This document shows positions 48,857-60,149 of a DNA stretch of 64,000 bases, in pieces (position 1 is the first letter of the stretch; each line of letters begins with the position of its first letter). The notes under the pieces are model-generated. The model ran no database searches. It had not been told where the DNA came from and saw only the letters and a program-made list of their open reading frames with translations. The stretch is from assembly GCF_032444005.1 (NCBI RefSeq), contig NC_091286.1, forward strand, positions 51,150,001 to 51,214,000, in the 5' to 3' direction. A program made the translations under genes and the position numbers. The DNA is from Ranitomeya imitator (Eukaryota).

Positions 48857-49869
48857 GTTCTGTAGAAGGACGTAGATCTGGGGATTTATTATGATGGAAT
48901 ATAGGCTGAACTGGATGGACAAATGTCTTTTTTCGGCCTTACTAACTATGTTACTATATGTTACTATGTAACTGTAGCCGTGTTGATTTGGTGCCTGACA
49001 TAGCGTTTACCTTCGTGGACAAAAAGTTCAATTTTGGTCTCATCTGATCACAGAACCTTCCTCCATATATTAAAGGAATTTCCCACATGTGTTTTGTCAA
49101 ACTGAAAATGAGCCTTACAATTTTTGTGTGTAAGTAAAGCCTTTTTTTTCTGCCCATTTTTCCATAATGGCCACCTCTATGGAGTGTATGGCTTATTGTG
49201 GTGGTATGGACAGATACTCCAATCTCTGTTTGGGAACTCTGCAGATAAAATCTAGCAATATATATAGAGCAGCGTCTCTTAAAGGGCCACTGTCACCCCC
49301 TCCAGCCGTTCTAAACTAAAAGAGCCACCTTGTGCAGCAGTAATGCTGCATTCTAACAAGGTGGCTCTTTTAGTTTTTGGTGCATGTATTCCCAAAATAA
49401 AGCGTTTTCAAACTTATCCAAAATACTTGTCTTTATCCAGGGAGGTAGGTCCTCACCCCCCTGCTTGAAACGCCACACTGCCGTCACTCAAATCTTCAGG
49501 GGCTCTGAGCACCGCCCCCTCCGCTCTGTTTACGCTTGAATTCTGGCGCCTGCGCTGTGTTGGACTGTCTCGTGCAGGCGCAGTAAGCTCTGGCCATCTG
49601 ACATCCCAGCCAGGCTTGCAGACTGCGCCTGTGCGGGCAGTGCGTCCACCCACCTTGGTAATCCCTGCCCCGCAGTGTGTTATGCATTATGCACAGTGCG
49701 GAGCTGGGATTCCTGGGAATGCGCACTGCGTGTGTCAGCCACTCACCCAGATCCCCCCGCTGACACACGCAGCCGTCTGTCTTCTTTCTCCTCCGCAGTG
49801 CTGTTGTCAGTGTTCAATACGCAGTGTCAAACCTTCAGCAACTCCGGATCATGGCCACATATCCTTACA

Positions 49870-50137
49870 GGACGGTGGAAGGTTGTAAACGCTGGCTTGT
49901 TTAGCTTAGAAAAATGACATCTCAGGGGAGATCTCATTTCTAAGTATGAATATACAGTATGTGTGGTCCTTACAAAGGACTGGAACATGACTTTTTTCTT
50001 CCAAAGACCATACATAGGACCATGGGGTACTCATTGCGGGTGGAAGAAGGGTAATTCCGGCAGCTAACTAGGAAAGGGTTTCATACAGTTAGAGCAGTCA
50101 GACTGTGGAATGTCCTACAACAAGCAGTAGTAATGGC
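49870..50137 (+). mobile_element. Decayed CR1 ORF2 C-terminal fragment
   Basis: GLFSLEK..LRGDLI..; KG(F)FTVRAVRLWN-like sequence with frameshifts. Confidence 0.7.
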
Positions 50138-50169
50138 ATACAAACCACAATGATAACCTACCACTGTTG

Positions 50170-50215
50170 TTTGTCCTGATGAAGAGGTATCATCACCTCT
50201 AAATGCATTGACAAA
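50170..50215 (+). ncRNA. Decayed hammerhead motif
   Basis: UUUGUC-CUGAUGA-AGAGGU-AUCAUC-ACCUCU-AAAUGCAUU-GACAAA then AATAAA: helices intact, GAAACGCGU core eroded by CpG-type changes. Confidence 0.55.
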
Positions 50216-52689
50216 ATAAACCGTGTCCATACCGCATTTGGTCCCCTTGTATATTGGATTCTCGACAGCAAAGTTTTACTTCCACTTTCATCTCCAAGTT
50301 TGTTCAATCTATATAGCTATGTAAATTATTTCTTACAATATTGTTCTATTAACAAATAATGTATTTGATCTATATATGTCAAGAATCTTCTTTCATAGCT
50401 TATCCTGTTTATGTCAAGAATTTGTCTGCTTGCAATTGATGATTTTGATTGTTTTACACCACTTACCTAAGACAAAAGATATGAAGTAAAGTAACAAAAG
50501 CTCACAAGAACTGAAAAGAAGGCAAAATGGAGTATGTTAAGAACAACATTATGTTCGTATTTTCACAAAATCCTAATTTCTCTGAAATATATTTAGTAAG
50601 ATCACTGAAATTTATTTCGGTATGGGAGCCGCTAGCCCCCTGCACGGCAATCACTAAACCAGCTGCCTGCCAATTAGAGGCTGGCAGCGGGGATGCCTGA
50701 TGTCACTGTGATGTGTTGCACTTCCCTGCACCTGCTATCCAGAAATGAAGGAGGAAGAGGACTCTGTTCGCTGAATGAGGGAACGTAAAAAACATTTTTT
50801 TTGTTTTGTTTTAATGTGTTGGAAAAGGTTTCCATGATGGGGACATTTTATATGATGGATGCAGGATTGGGGACATTATTACAGGATGGACGCCAGAATG
50901 GGGGATATTGTTACAGGATGAGATACATTGTTTACGAATGGTGGTACAGAATGGAGAATATTATTACAGGATGGAGCCAGGATGGAAGACATTATAACAG
51001 AAAGGAGGACATTAATACAGGGTGGGGGACATTATTACAGGATGGTGGACATTATTGCACAATGGAGGCTAGGATGGGAGATGTTATTACAGAATGGGAG
51101 ACATTATTTCAGGATCGTTATTATTAAAGAAAGTGGTCAGGATGTTTGACATTAATGGAGGAATGGGCCAGAATGAGTAAACATTATAACAGGATGGGGA
51201 AATCATTATGGAGCGCCCCCGTGGGCCGTGGGGTAATCGGATCTGGGCCCTTCTGTAGTCAATTGGGATGTCACAGTGGCTGACCCGGTCCGTGGCCCTC
51301 GGGAGGTCCGTTGATGAATGGTGGGGGAAAGGTCTTTAAAGGGATAACATTCGTGACGCCACCTGTGGTATTTGGTCAGGGTGACCGACGCTGCTTAGGG
51401 GTCCGCTGGGGTGATGTTATGGCAGCTAGATGGTATACCTTCCCACAGGTGAAGTATATCCCCAGGGCTTCCCAGAGTGTAGATGGTGGATGATGTAAGG
51501 CACAGTGAATAATGAGGACACAAGGTTGCAGTCTCTTTACCTATACTGAAGACTTCAGCATCCACAGTCCAGGGTAGGGACCACAGGGCAGACAGAGTCT
51601 GGCTGGTCTGAAGGCAAATCCTGAGTCCCCTTATCCACGTGGAATTCAGTAGCCTTCCTATGCGCACAGTAATACAGTAGGTCCCTACTTGCATAAGCTC
51701 CAATAAGGTCCTCACTGTTGTTACTCCTTTCACTGTTCCTCGTGGTCGAATAGAACAAAACACATATGACCGGTAACTTGAGACTTTGGTTAGGGACTCT
51801 AGAGACGCCCCGGCCTCTTTAACCCCTACCCGACCCATGACGCCACGTAGGCGTCATGAAAGTCGGTGCCATTCCGACCCATGACACCTATGCGGCGTCA
51901 TGGAAAGATCGCGTCCCTGCAGATCGGGTGAAAGGGTTAACTCCCATTTCACCCGATCTGCAGGGACAGGGGGAGTGGTAGTTTAGTCCAGGGGGGGTGG
52001 CTTCACCCCCTCGTGGCTACGATCGCTCTGATTGGCTGTTGAAAGTGAAACTGCCAATCAGAGCGATTTGTAATATTTCACCCATTATAACGGGTGAAAT
52101 ATTACAATCCAGCCATGGCCGATGCTGAAATATCATCGGCCATGGCTGGAAATACTAGTGTGCCCCCACCCCACCCCTCCGATCGCCGCCCCACCCCCCC
52201 GATCTGGCCGGTACACTGCTCCGGCTCCCCTCCGTCCAGTGCTCCGCTCCCCCCCGTGCTCGTGCCCGCTCCCCCCGTGCTCCAATCACCCCCCCGTGCT
52301 CCAATCACCCCCCCTGCACTCCGATCCACCCCCCCCCGTGCTCCGTTCCACCCCCCCGTGCTCCATTCCAGCCCCCCCGTGCTCCGTTCCACGCCCCCCG
52401 CGCTACGTTCCACCCCTCCCGCGCTCCGATTCCCCCCCCCCGTGCTCCGATCCCCCCCCCCGTGGTCCCCCCCCACCCTATCATACTTACCGATCCAGCC
52501 GTGGTCCCGTCCGTCTTCTCCCGGGCGCCGCCATCTTCCAAAATGGCGGGCGCATGCGCAGTGCGCCCGCCGAATCTGCCGGCCGGCAGATTCGTTCCAA
52601 AGTGCATTTTGATCACTGAGATATAATCTATCTCAGTGATCAAAATAAAAAAAATAATAAATTACCCCCCCCCCTTTGTCACCCCCATA

Positions 52690-52940
52690 NNNNNNNNNNN
52701 NNNNNNNNNNNNNNNNNNNNNNNNNNNNNNNNNNNNNNNNNNNNNNNNNNNNNNNNNNNNNNNNNNNNNNNNNNNNNNNNNNNNNNNNNNNNNNNNNNNN
52801 NNNNNNNNNNNNNNNNNNNNNNNNNNNNNNNNNNNNNNNNNNNNNNNNNNNNNNNNNNNNNNNNNNNNNNNNNNNNNNNNNNNNNNNNNNNNNNNNNNNN
52901 NNNNNNNNNNNNNNNNNNNNNNNNNNNNNNNNNNNNNNNN
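52690..52940. other. Assembly gap (251 N)
   Basis: Run of N. Confidence 1.
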
Positions 52941-53280
52941 GTATTCTGGTCCTCTGCGGATTTTTCCGCTGCGGATTTGATAAATCCGCAGTGCTAAACC
53001 GCTGCGGATTTATGGCGGATTTACCGCGTTTTTTTCTGCGCATTTCACTGCGGTTTTACAATTGCGATTTTCTATTGGAGCAGTTGTAAAACCGCTGCGG
53101 AATCCGCACAAAGAAGTGACATGCTGCGGAATGTAAACCGCTGCGTTTCCGTGCAGTTTTTCCGCAGCATGTGTACAGCGATTTTTGTTTCCCATAGGTT
53201 TACATTGAACTGTACACTCATGGGAAACTGCTGCGGATCCGCAGCGTTTTCCGCAGCGTGTGCACATACCTTTAGAATTA

Positions 53281-53612
53281 GGCTATGTGCACACGGTGCG
53301 GATTCGCAGCAGTGTTCCATCAGGTTTACAGTACCATGTAAACATATGAAAAACCAAATCCGCTGTGCCCATGGTGCGGAAAATACCGCGCGGGAACGCT
53401 GCGTTGTATTTTCCGCAGCATGTCAATTCTTTGTGCGGATTCCGCAGCGTTTTACACCTGTTCCTCAATAGGAATCCGCAGGTGAAATCCGCACAAAAAA
53501 CACTGGAAATCCGCGGAAAATCCGCAGGTAAAACACAGTGCCTTTTACCCGCAGATTTTTCAAAAATGGTGCTGAAATATCTCACACGAATCCGCAACGT
53601 GGGCACATAGCC
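53281..53612. mobile_element. Harbinger-type MITE; a second partial copy ends at 53270
   Basis: TIR GGCTATGTGC(A/C)CACG, TTA TSD (53278-53280, 53613-53615). Confidence 0.85.
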
Positions 53613-53770
53613 TTAGGGTTAGGGTTGGAATTAGGGTTGTGGTTAGGGTTAGGGGTGTGTTGGGGTTAGTGTTGTGGTTAGGGGTGTGTTGGGGTTAGGG
53701 TTGTGATTAGGATTATGGCTACAGTTGGGATTAGGGTTAGGGGTGTGTTGGGGTTAGTGTTGGAGGTAGA
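53613..53770 (+). repeat. Degenerate telomere-like (TTAGGG) tract
   Basis: Nine exact TTAGGG hexamers mixed with GGGGTGTGTTGGGG variants. Confidence 0.8.
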
Positions 53771-53779
53771 ATTGAGGGG

Positions 53780-56700
53780 TTACCACTGTTTAGGCACATC
53801 AGGGGTCTCCAAACGCAACATGGCGCCACCATTGATTCCAGCCAATCTCGTATTCAAAAAGTCAAATGGTGCTCCCTCACTTCCGAGCCCTGACGTGTGC
53901 CCAAACAGTGGTTTACCCCCACATATGGGGTACCAGCATACTCAGGACAAACTGCGCAACAATTACTGGGGTCCAATTTCTCCTGTTACCCTTGTGAATC
54001 TAAAAAAATGCTTGCTAAAACATAATTTTTGAGGAAAGAAAAATGATTTTTTATTTTCACGGCTCTGCGTTGTAAACGTCTGTGAAGCACTTGGGGGTTC
54101 AAAGTGCTCACCACATATCTAGATAAGTTCCTTGGGGGGTCTAGTTTCTAAAATGGGGTCACTTGTGGGGGGTTTCTACTGTTTAGGCACACCAGGGGCT
54201 CTGCAAACGCAACGTGACACCCGCAGACCATTCCATCAAAGTCTGCATTTCAAAAGTCACTACTTCCCTTCTGAGCCCCGACGTGTGCCCAAACAGTGGT
54301 TTACCCCCACATATGGGGTATCAGCGTACTCAGGAGAAACTGGACAACAACTTTTGGGGTCCAATTTCTCCTGTAACCCTTGGGAAAATAAAAAATTCTG
54401 GGCTAAATAATTATTTTTGAGGAAAGAAAACGTATTTATTATTTTCACGGCTCTGCATTATAAACTTCTATGAAGCACTTGGGGGTTCAAAGTGCTCACC
54501 ACACATCTAGATAAGTTCCTTTCAGGGTCTAGTTTCCAAAATGGGGTCACTTGTGGGGGGTTTCTACTGTTTAGGCACATCAGGGGCTCTGCAAACGCAA
54601 CGTGACGCCCGCAGAGCATTCCATCAAAGTCTGCATTTCAAAACGTCACTACTTCAATTCCAAGCCCCGGCATGTGCCCAAACAGTAGTTTACCCCCACA
54701 TATGGGGTATCACCGTACTCAGGAGAAACTGGACAACAAATATTGGGGTCAAATTTCTCCTGTTACCCTTGGGAAAATTAAAAAATTCTGGGCTAAATAA
54801 TTATTTTTGAGGAAAGAAAACGTATTTATTATTTTCACGGCTCTGCATTATAAACTTCTATGAAGCACTTGGGGGTTCAAAGTGCTCACCACACATCTAG
54901 ATAAGTTCCTTTGGGGGTCTAGTTTCCAAAATGGGGTCACTTGTGGGGGGTTTCTACTGTTAAGCCACATCAGGGGCTCTGCAAACGCAACGTGACGCCC
55001 ACAGAGCATTCCATCAAAGTCTGCATTTCAAAACGTCACTACTTCACTTCCGAGCCCCGGCATGTGCCCAAACAGTGATTTACCCCCACATATGGGGTAT
55101 CAGCGTACTCAGGAGAAACTGGACAACAACTTTTGGGGTCAATTTCTCCTGTTACCCTTGGGAAAATAAAAAATTGCAGGCTAAAAGATCATTTTTGAGA
55201 AAATAATTTTTTTTTTTATTTTCATGGCTCTGCGTTATAAACTTCTGTGAAGCACTTGGGGGTTCAAAGTCCTCACCACACATCTAGATTAGTTCCTTTG
55301 GGGGTCTAGTTTCTAAAATGGTGTCATTTCTGGGGGATCTCCAATGTTTAGGCACACAGGGGCTCTCCAAACGTGACATGGTGTCCGCTAATGATTGGAG
55401 CTAATTTTCCATTTAAAAAGCCAAATGGCGTGCCATCCCTTCCGAGCCCTGCCGTGCGCCCAAACAGTGGTTTACCCCCACATATGGGGTATCAGCGTAC
55501 TCAGGACAAACTGGACAACAATATTTGGGGTCCAATTTCTCCTATTATCCTTGGCAAAATAGGAAATTCCAGGCTAAAAAATCATTTTTGAGGAAAGAAA
55601 AATTATTTTTTATTTTCATGGCTCTGCGTTATAAACTTCTGTGAAGCACCTGGGGGTTTAAAGTGCTCAATATGCATCTAGATAAGTTCCTTGGGGGGTC
55701 TAGTTTCCAAAATGGGGTCACTTGTGGGGGAGCTCCAATGTTTAGGCACACAGGGGCTCTCCAAACGCGACATGGTGTCCGCTAACAATTGGAGCTAATT
55801 TTCCATTCAAAAAGTCAAATGGCACGCCTTCTCTTCCGAGCCCTGCCGAGTGCCCAAACAGTGGTTTACCCCCACATATGAGGTATCGGCGTACTCGGGA
55901 GAAATTGCCCAACAAATTTTATGATCCATTTTATCCTACTGCCCATGTGAAAATGAGAAAATTGAGGCGAAAAGAATTTTTTGTGAAAAAAAATTACTTT
56001 TTCATTTTTACAGATCAATTTGTGAAGCACCTGAGGGTTTAAAGTGCTCACTAGGCATCTAAATTAGTTCCTTGGGGGGTCTAGTTTCCAAAATGGGGTC
56101 ACTTGTGGGGGAGCGCCAATGTTTAGGCACACAGGAGCTATCCAAACGCGACATGGTGTCCGCTAACGATGGAAATAATTTTTCATTCAAAAAGTCAAAT
56201 GGCGCTCCTTCCCTTCCGAGCCTTACCATGTGCCCAAACAGTGGTTTACCTCCACATGTGAGGTATTGGTGTACTCAGGAGAAATTGCCCAACACATTTT
56301 AGGATCCATTTTATCCTGTTGCCCATGTGAAAATGAAAAAATTGAGGCTAAAAGAATTTTTTTGTGAAAAAAAAGTACTTTTTCATTTTTACGGATCAAT
56401 TTGTGAAGCACCTGGGGGTTCAAAGTGCTCACTATGCATCTAGATAAGTTCCTTGGGGCGTCTAGTTTCCAAAATGGGGTCACTTGTGGGGGAGCTCCAA
56501 TTTTTAGGCACACGGGGGCTCTCCAAACGTGACATGGTGTCCGCTAAAGAGTGGAGCCAATTTTTGATTCAAAAAGTCAAATGGCGCTCCTTCCCTTCCA
56601 AGCCCTGCCGTGCGCCAAAACAGTGGTTTACCCCCACATATGAGGTATCAGCGTACTCAGGACAAATTGGACAACAACGTTCGTGGTTCAGTTTCTCCTT

Positions 56701-56830
56701 TTACCATTGGGAAAATAAAAAAATTGTTGCTAAAAGATAATTTTTGTGACTAAAAAGTTAAATGTTCATTTTTTCCTTCCATGTTGCTTCTGCTGCTGTG
56801 AAGCACCTGAAGGGTTAATAAACTTCTTGA
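53780..56830 (+). repeat. Tandem array, about 8 copies of a 381-395 bp unit
   Basis: Anchor GGGGGTT(C/T)AAAGTGCTC-like motif at 54093, 54481, 54871, 55258, 55652, 56033, 56414 and (degenerate) 56809. Confidence 0.92.
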
Positions 56831-58999
56831 ATGTGGTTTTGAGTACCTTGAGGGGTGCAGTTTTTAGAATGGTGTCACTTTTGGGTATTTTCAGCCATAT
56901 AGACCCCTCAAACTGACTTCAAATGTGAGGTGGTCCCTAAAAAAAATGTTTTTGTAAATTTCGTTGTAAAAATGACAAATCGCTGGTCGAATTTTAACCC
57001 TTATAACTTCCTAACAAAAAAAAATTTTGTTTCCAAAATTGTGCTGATGTAAAGTAAACATGTGGGAAATGTTATTTATTAACTATTTTGTGTCACATAT
57101 CTCTCTGGTTTAACAGAATAAAAATTCAAAATGTGAAAATTGCGAAATTTTCAAAATTTTCGCCAAATTTCCGTGTTTATCACAAATAAATGCAGAATTT
57201 ATTGACCTAAATTTACCACTAACATGAAGCCCAATATGTCACGAAAAAACAATCTCAGAACCGCTAGGATCCGTTGAAGCGTTCCTGAGTTATTACCTCA
57301 TAAAGGGACACTGGTCAGAATTGCAAAAATTGGCAAGGTCTTTAAGGTCAAAATAGGCTGGGTCTTGAAGGGGTTAAGGTTGCCACCTTGCCTCCTGTGT
57401 ATAAAGGGTGGACAGGCAACTTGGAATCACCTGCCCTGCCGGTCTCTGAAGCAAGGAATAGAGCACTTACTCCCTCGGTATTCCGGTTACCGTATTGCGC
57501 ACCAGAAGGATGCAGCTTCTTTCGGCCACCCTCCTCTCTGGTATCCACTTGTTGCTGTGCCTTTGGTTCTCACTCACTGCAATACAATTCCTTTCGTGTC
57601 CTTTCTTAGGATGCTGCCTTATGTGGGGCAGGCGCAGCTCCGTGTACCTTCCTTCCGTATTTCGCAGTCTGGAGCTGTCTAGAACCCACTCCAACCAGCC
57701 TCTGCCAAACTCAGTCAGGACCCAATGACTATCTCCTTCTCCCTCCAGTCAGCTTCTCTCCCTTTTGGCCTCACTTCCTCCCCAACCCACCAGTTTTACC
57801 CAAGTGTGACGAGTGCCCTAATAGATAAAAACATGGCTCCCCCTGGTGGACTGGAGTGTGAAGTGTGTGTAGTGGTTGTGATACCTGTACAGAAGATCTC
57901 CTTCATTGGTTTCAGGTGTAACATCACTCCCCCCTGGTGGAAGAATAACATTACTGCAACGAACCAGGACTCTGGGGCGCTGCAATTATATGGTGGGGGA
58001 CACTATTGCAAGTTAGCAGCCAGGATGGGGGACATTATAACAAGATATGGGTCAGGACGGAGGACTTTGTAACAGGGATCCATACATCTTACCAACATGC
58101 TGGTGTGGGCCCACATCAAAACTTTGCACATGTACTCATGGGGCTCTGGTTAAGCCACTGAATATGGGGTTTTACTCTATAGTATTGCAAAGACTTTACT
58201 ATATTGTTTATAGTAAGTAGTAATAAATGAGGATATATTTTCTAGAATGGCAAAGAATATGGCAAGAATTGCTACATCTTATACTGTATTATACAATCTC
58301 ACACACTTATTTTAGTATTTTTTTTAGCTTGCATGAAAAAAATATTATTTTTACATTACAAATAAGACAAATTGTAAACTCTGCAGTCAAATCAGCTCAG
58401 TTATGAATTCACAGTTAATTCGTATCTGGCAGAAACGCAGCTGTAAATATCAAAGAATTCAAAACTTTGAATTGCAAAAATTCTCTTTGATTTCTAGGGA
58501 AAAGTGGGAGGCTGAACTTTCATGCTGGCTGAAACCTGTAAAAATCTATGATATTTCTCCGTCAGAAGACATTTTTATTTAAGGTGCCATAAAATCTCTA
58601 CTTCTTTGATATATCATCTATACAGGATATACAGAAATAAAGTGTAGATCTAGATTGCCGCCTCAGGGAAGAGAAAAGTTATAAATAAGGTCAAACTGTT
58701 TAAAAGGAAGAAACATAATATTTCTTATTATTATTATTTACTTACTAAAGAAACAAAAAATAAACACATGAAAAATTTCCATTCTGTCTTTAATGTGCAC
58801 TATTACTGCAGGTAGTACATATCTCAGTCTGCTCATGTTTCAGACGAAAAATCATTATTTCAACCAGTTTAATTCTGTACCTGGCCTACATCAGGGTACT
58901 TCCTTCTTATTCTATGATTAAGTAAATCTGTCATATAATTTAATAGGATTTCTGAACTAATATAACTGATTTAAAAAAAAACTTTTTAGCAGTAATGAT

Positions 59000-59539
59000 T
59001 AGGGTTGAGCGAAACGGGTCGGCCACTTTTTGGCAAAGTCGGGTTTCATGAAACCCGACCCGACCCCTGTGTGGGGTCGGCCATGAAGTCGGCGATCTTC
59101 TGAATGTGGTATCGGAATTCCGATCCCGATTTCCGATATGTTTGCAATATTGGAAATCAGTATCGGAATCCATATTTAATGTAAAATAAAGAATTAAAAT
59201 AAAAAATATCGCTATACTTACCCTCTAACGCGCCCTGGTACTAACCGGGAACCTTCCTTCCTTCGAATCAGCGCTTCCAGGACCTTGTGGTGACGTCGCG
59301 GTGACGTCGCGGCTTGTGATTGGTCACGCGGCCGCCCATGTGACCGCTCGCGCGACCAATCACAAGCCGCGACGTCACGCAAGGTCCTGCAAGCGCTGAT
59401 TCGAAGGAAGGCTGCCGGAAAGAAGCAGAGCGCGTCCGAGGGTGAGTATATACCTAATAGGAATATACTCACCCTCGGACGCGCCCTGCTTCTTTCCGGC
59501 AGCCTTCCTTCCTATAAAAGTAAAGGTCGCTCAACCCTA
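59000..59539. mobile_element. Non-autonomous hAT element, deletion derivative of 9669-10620
   Basis: Same TIR TAGGGTTGAGCGA; perfect 8-bp TSD GTAATGAT (58992-58999, 59540-59547). Confidence 0.9.
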
Positions 59540-60149
59540 GTAATGATAATAACATCTAATTTAATTTAGTCTTCAGTTTCAATTAATAATGCATTACTGA
59601 CAACCTATCAGAGCAGTTGTACTTTTTCCCAGTGCAAATTTAGGCAGCTAACTATTCTAAGTCCTTATATTAAATATAGAGGAACTATATATTTGCAATT
59701 AAATGTAAAATAAATTTACACCTTTGAGGCAGTTGGTTTTGGGCTCTATTGTTGTATTCCATTTGCTCAGTTGTTTTTATGCAGATTACATAAATCATCT
59801 ACTTTAAATATTTTATTTTATTTAAATGTGGGATTTTTTCCATTGATAATCACTACGAGTACATTTTAAAAAAACAAATTTAAATGCAAACTGTCACTAG
59901 ATTCAGGCTGCCCAAACCATGTGCGATATTATTCGGTGACTGGCTGTGTGTGTGTATATTTTACTAAATACTGCTGTGTGGAAAAGAAAAAGTGGAAAAA
60001 TCCATGCTTCTAGTAGGTGGTAATTAATTCAGGTACATACAAGGATAATGTGTGTTTTTTTTTTATTTTGACTTCATGTTTTGAAATACCATACTTCTTC
60101 TTCAGGACAAAATGAACCTATGACAAATGGCAGGTTACAGCCATATATA

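Larger units (their letters stand above)
45267..48969 (+). mobile_element. CR1 LINE, 5'-truncated within ORF1, ORF2 intact
   Basis: ORF1 remnant, ORF2, short 3' UTR with GGCTGAACTGGATGGAC motif and (CTATGTTA)n-like tail; AAC at both junctions. Confidence 0.95.
44651..48974. mobile_element. Tc1-like MITE inserted in the Tc1 relic; right TIR split by the CR1
   Basis: TA|CAGTTGTGCTCAAAAGTTTA; inverted copy TAAACTTTTGAGCACAAC at 45249-45266, completed by TG|TA at 48973-48976. Confidence 0.85.
43966..49245 (-). mobile_element. Tc1 relic (outer layer of a nest)
   Basis: Reverse-strand Tc1 transposase sequence at 44.15-44.65 kb resumes at 48977 across a duplicated TA (GGGTAAT-TA...TA-GCCGTGTTG). 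Ends approximate. Confidence 0.75.
51823..57373. mobile_element. Large piggyBac-like non-autonomous element with internal tandem arrays
   Basis: TTAA|CCCCT...AGGGG|TTAA; no transposase visible; spans the N gap. Confidence 0.75.
51209..57984. mobile_element. Solo LTR (~1220 bp) interrupted by a 5.5-kb piggyBac-like element
   Basis: TGGAGCGCCCC...GGGGCGCTGCA termini; ATTA TSD (51205-51208, 57985-57988). Confidence 0.85.
50820..58060 (+). repeat. Degenerate GGGGACATTATTACAGGATG tandem tract split by the LTR (50820-51204 and 57989-58060)
   Basis: Same short motif repeated on both sides of the ATTA TSD. Confidence 0.6.

Noticed and set aside
52094-52643. Proline-rich and glycine-rich ORFs
   Set aside because: Low-complexity CCCCCCGTGCTCC repeats inside a transposon, open in several frames.
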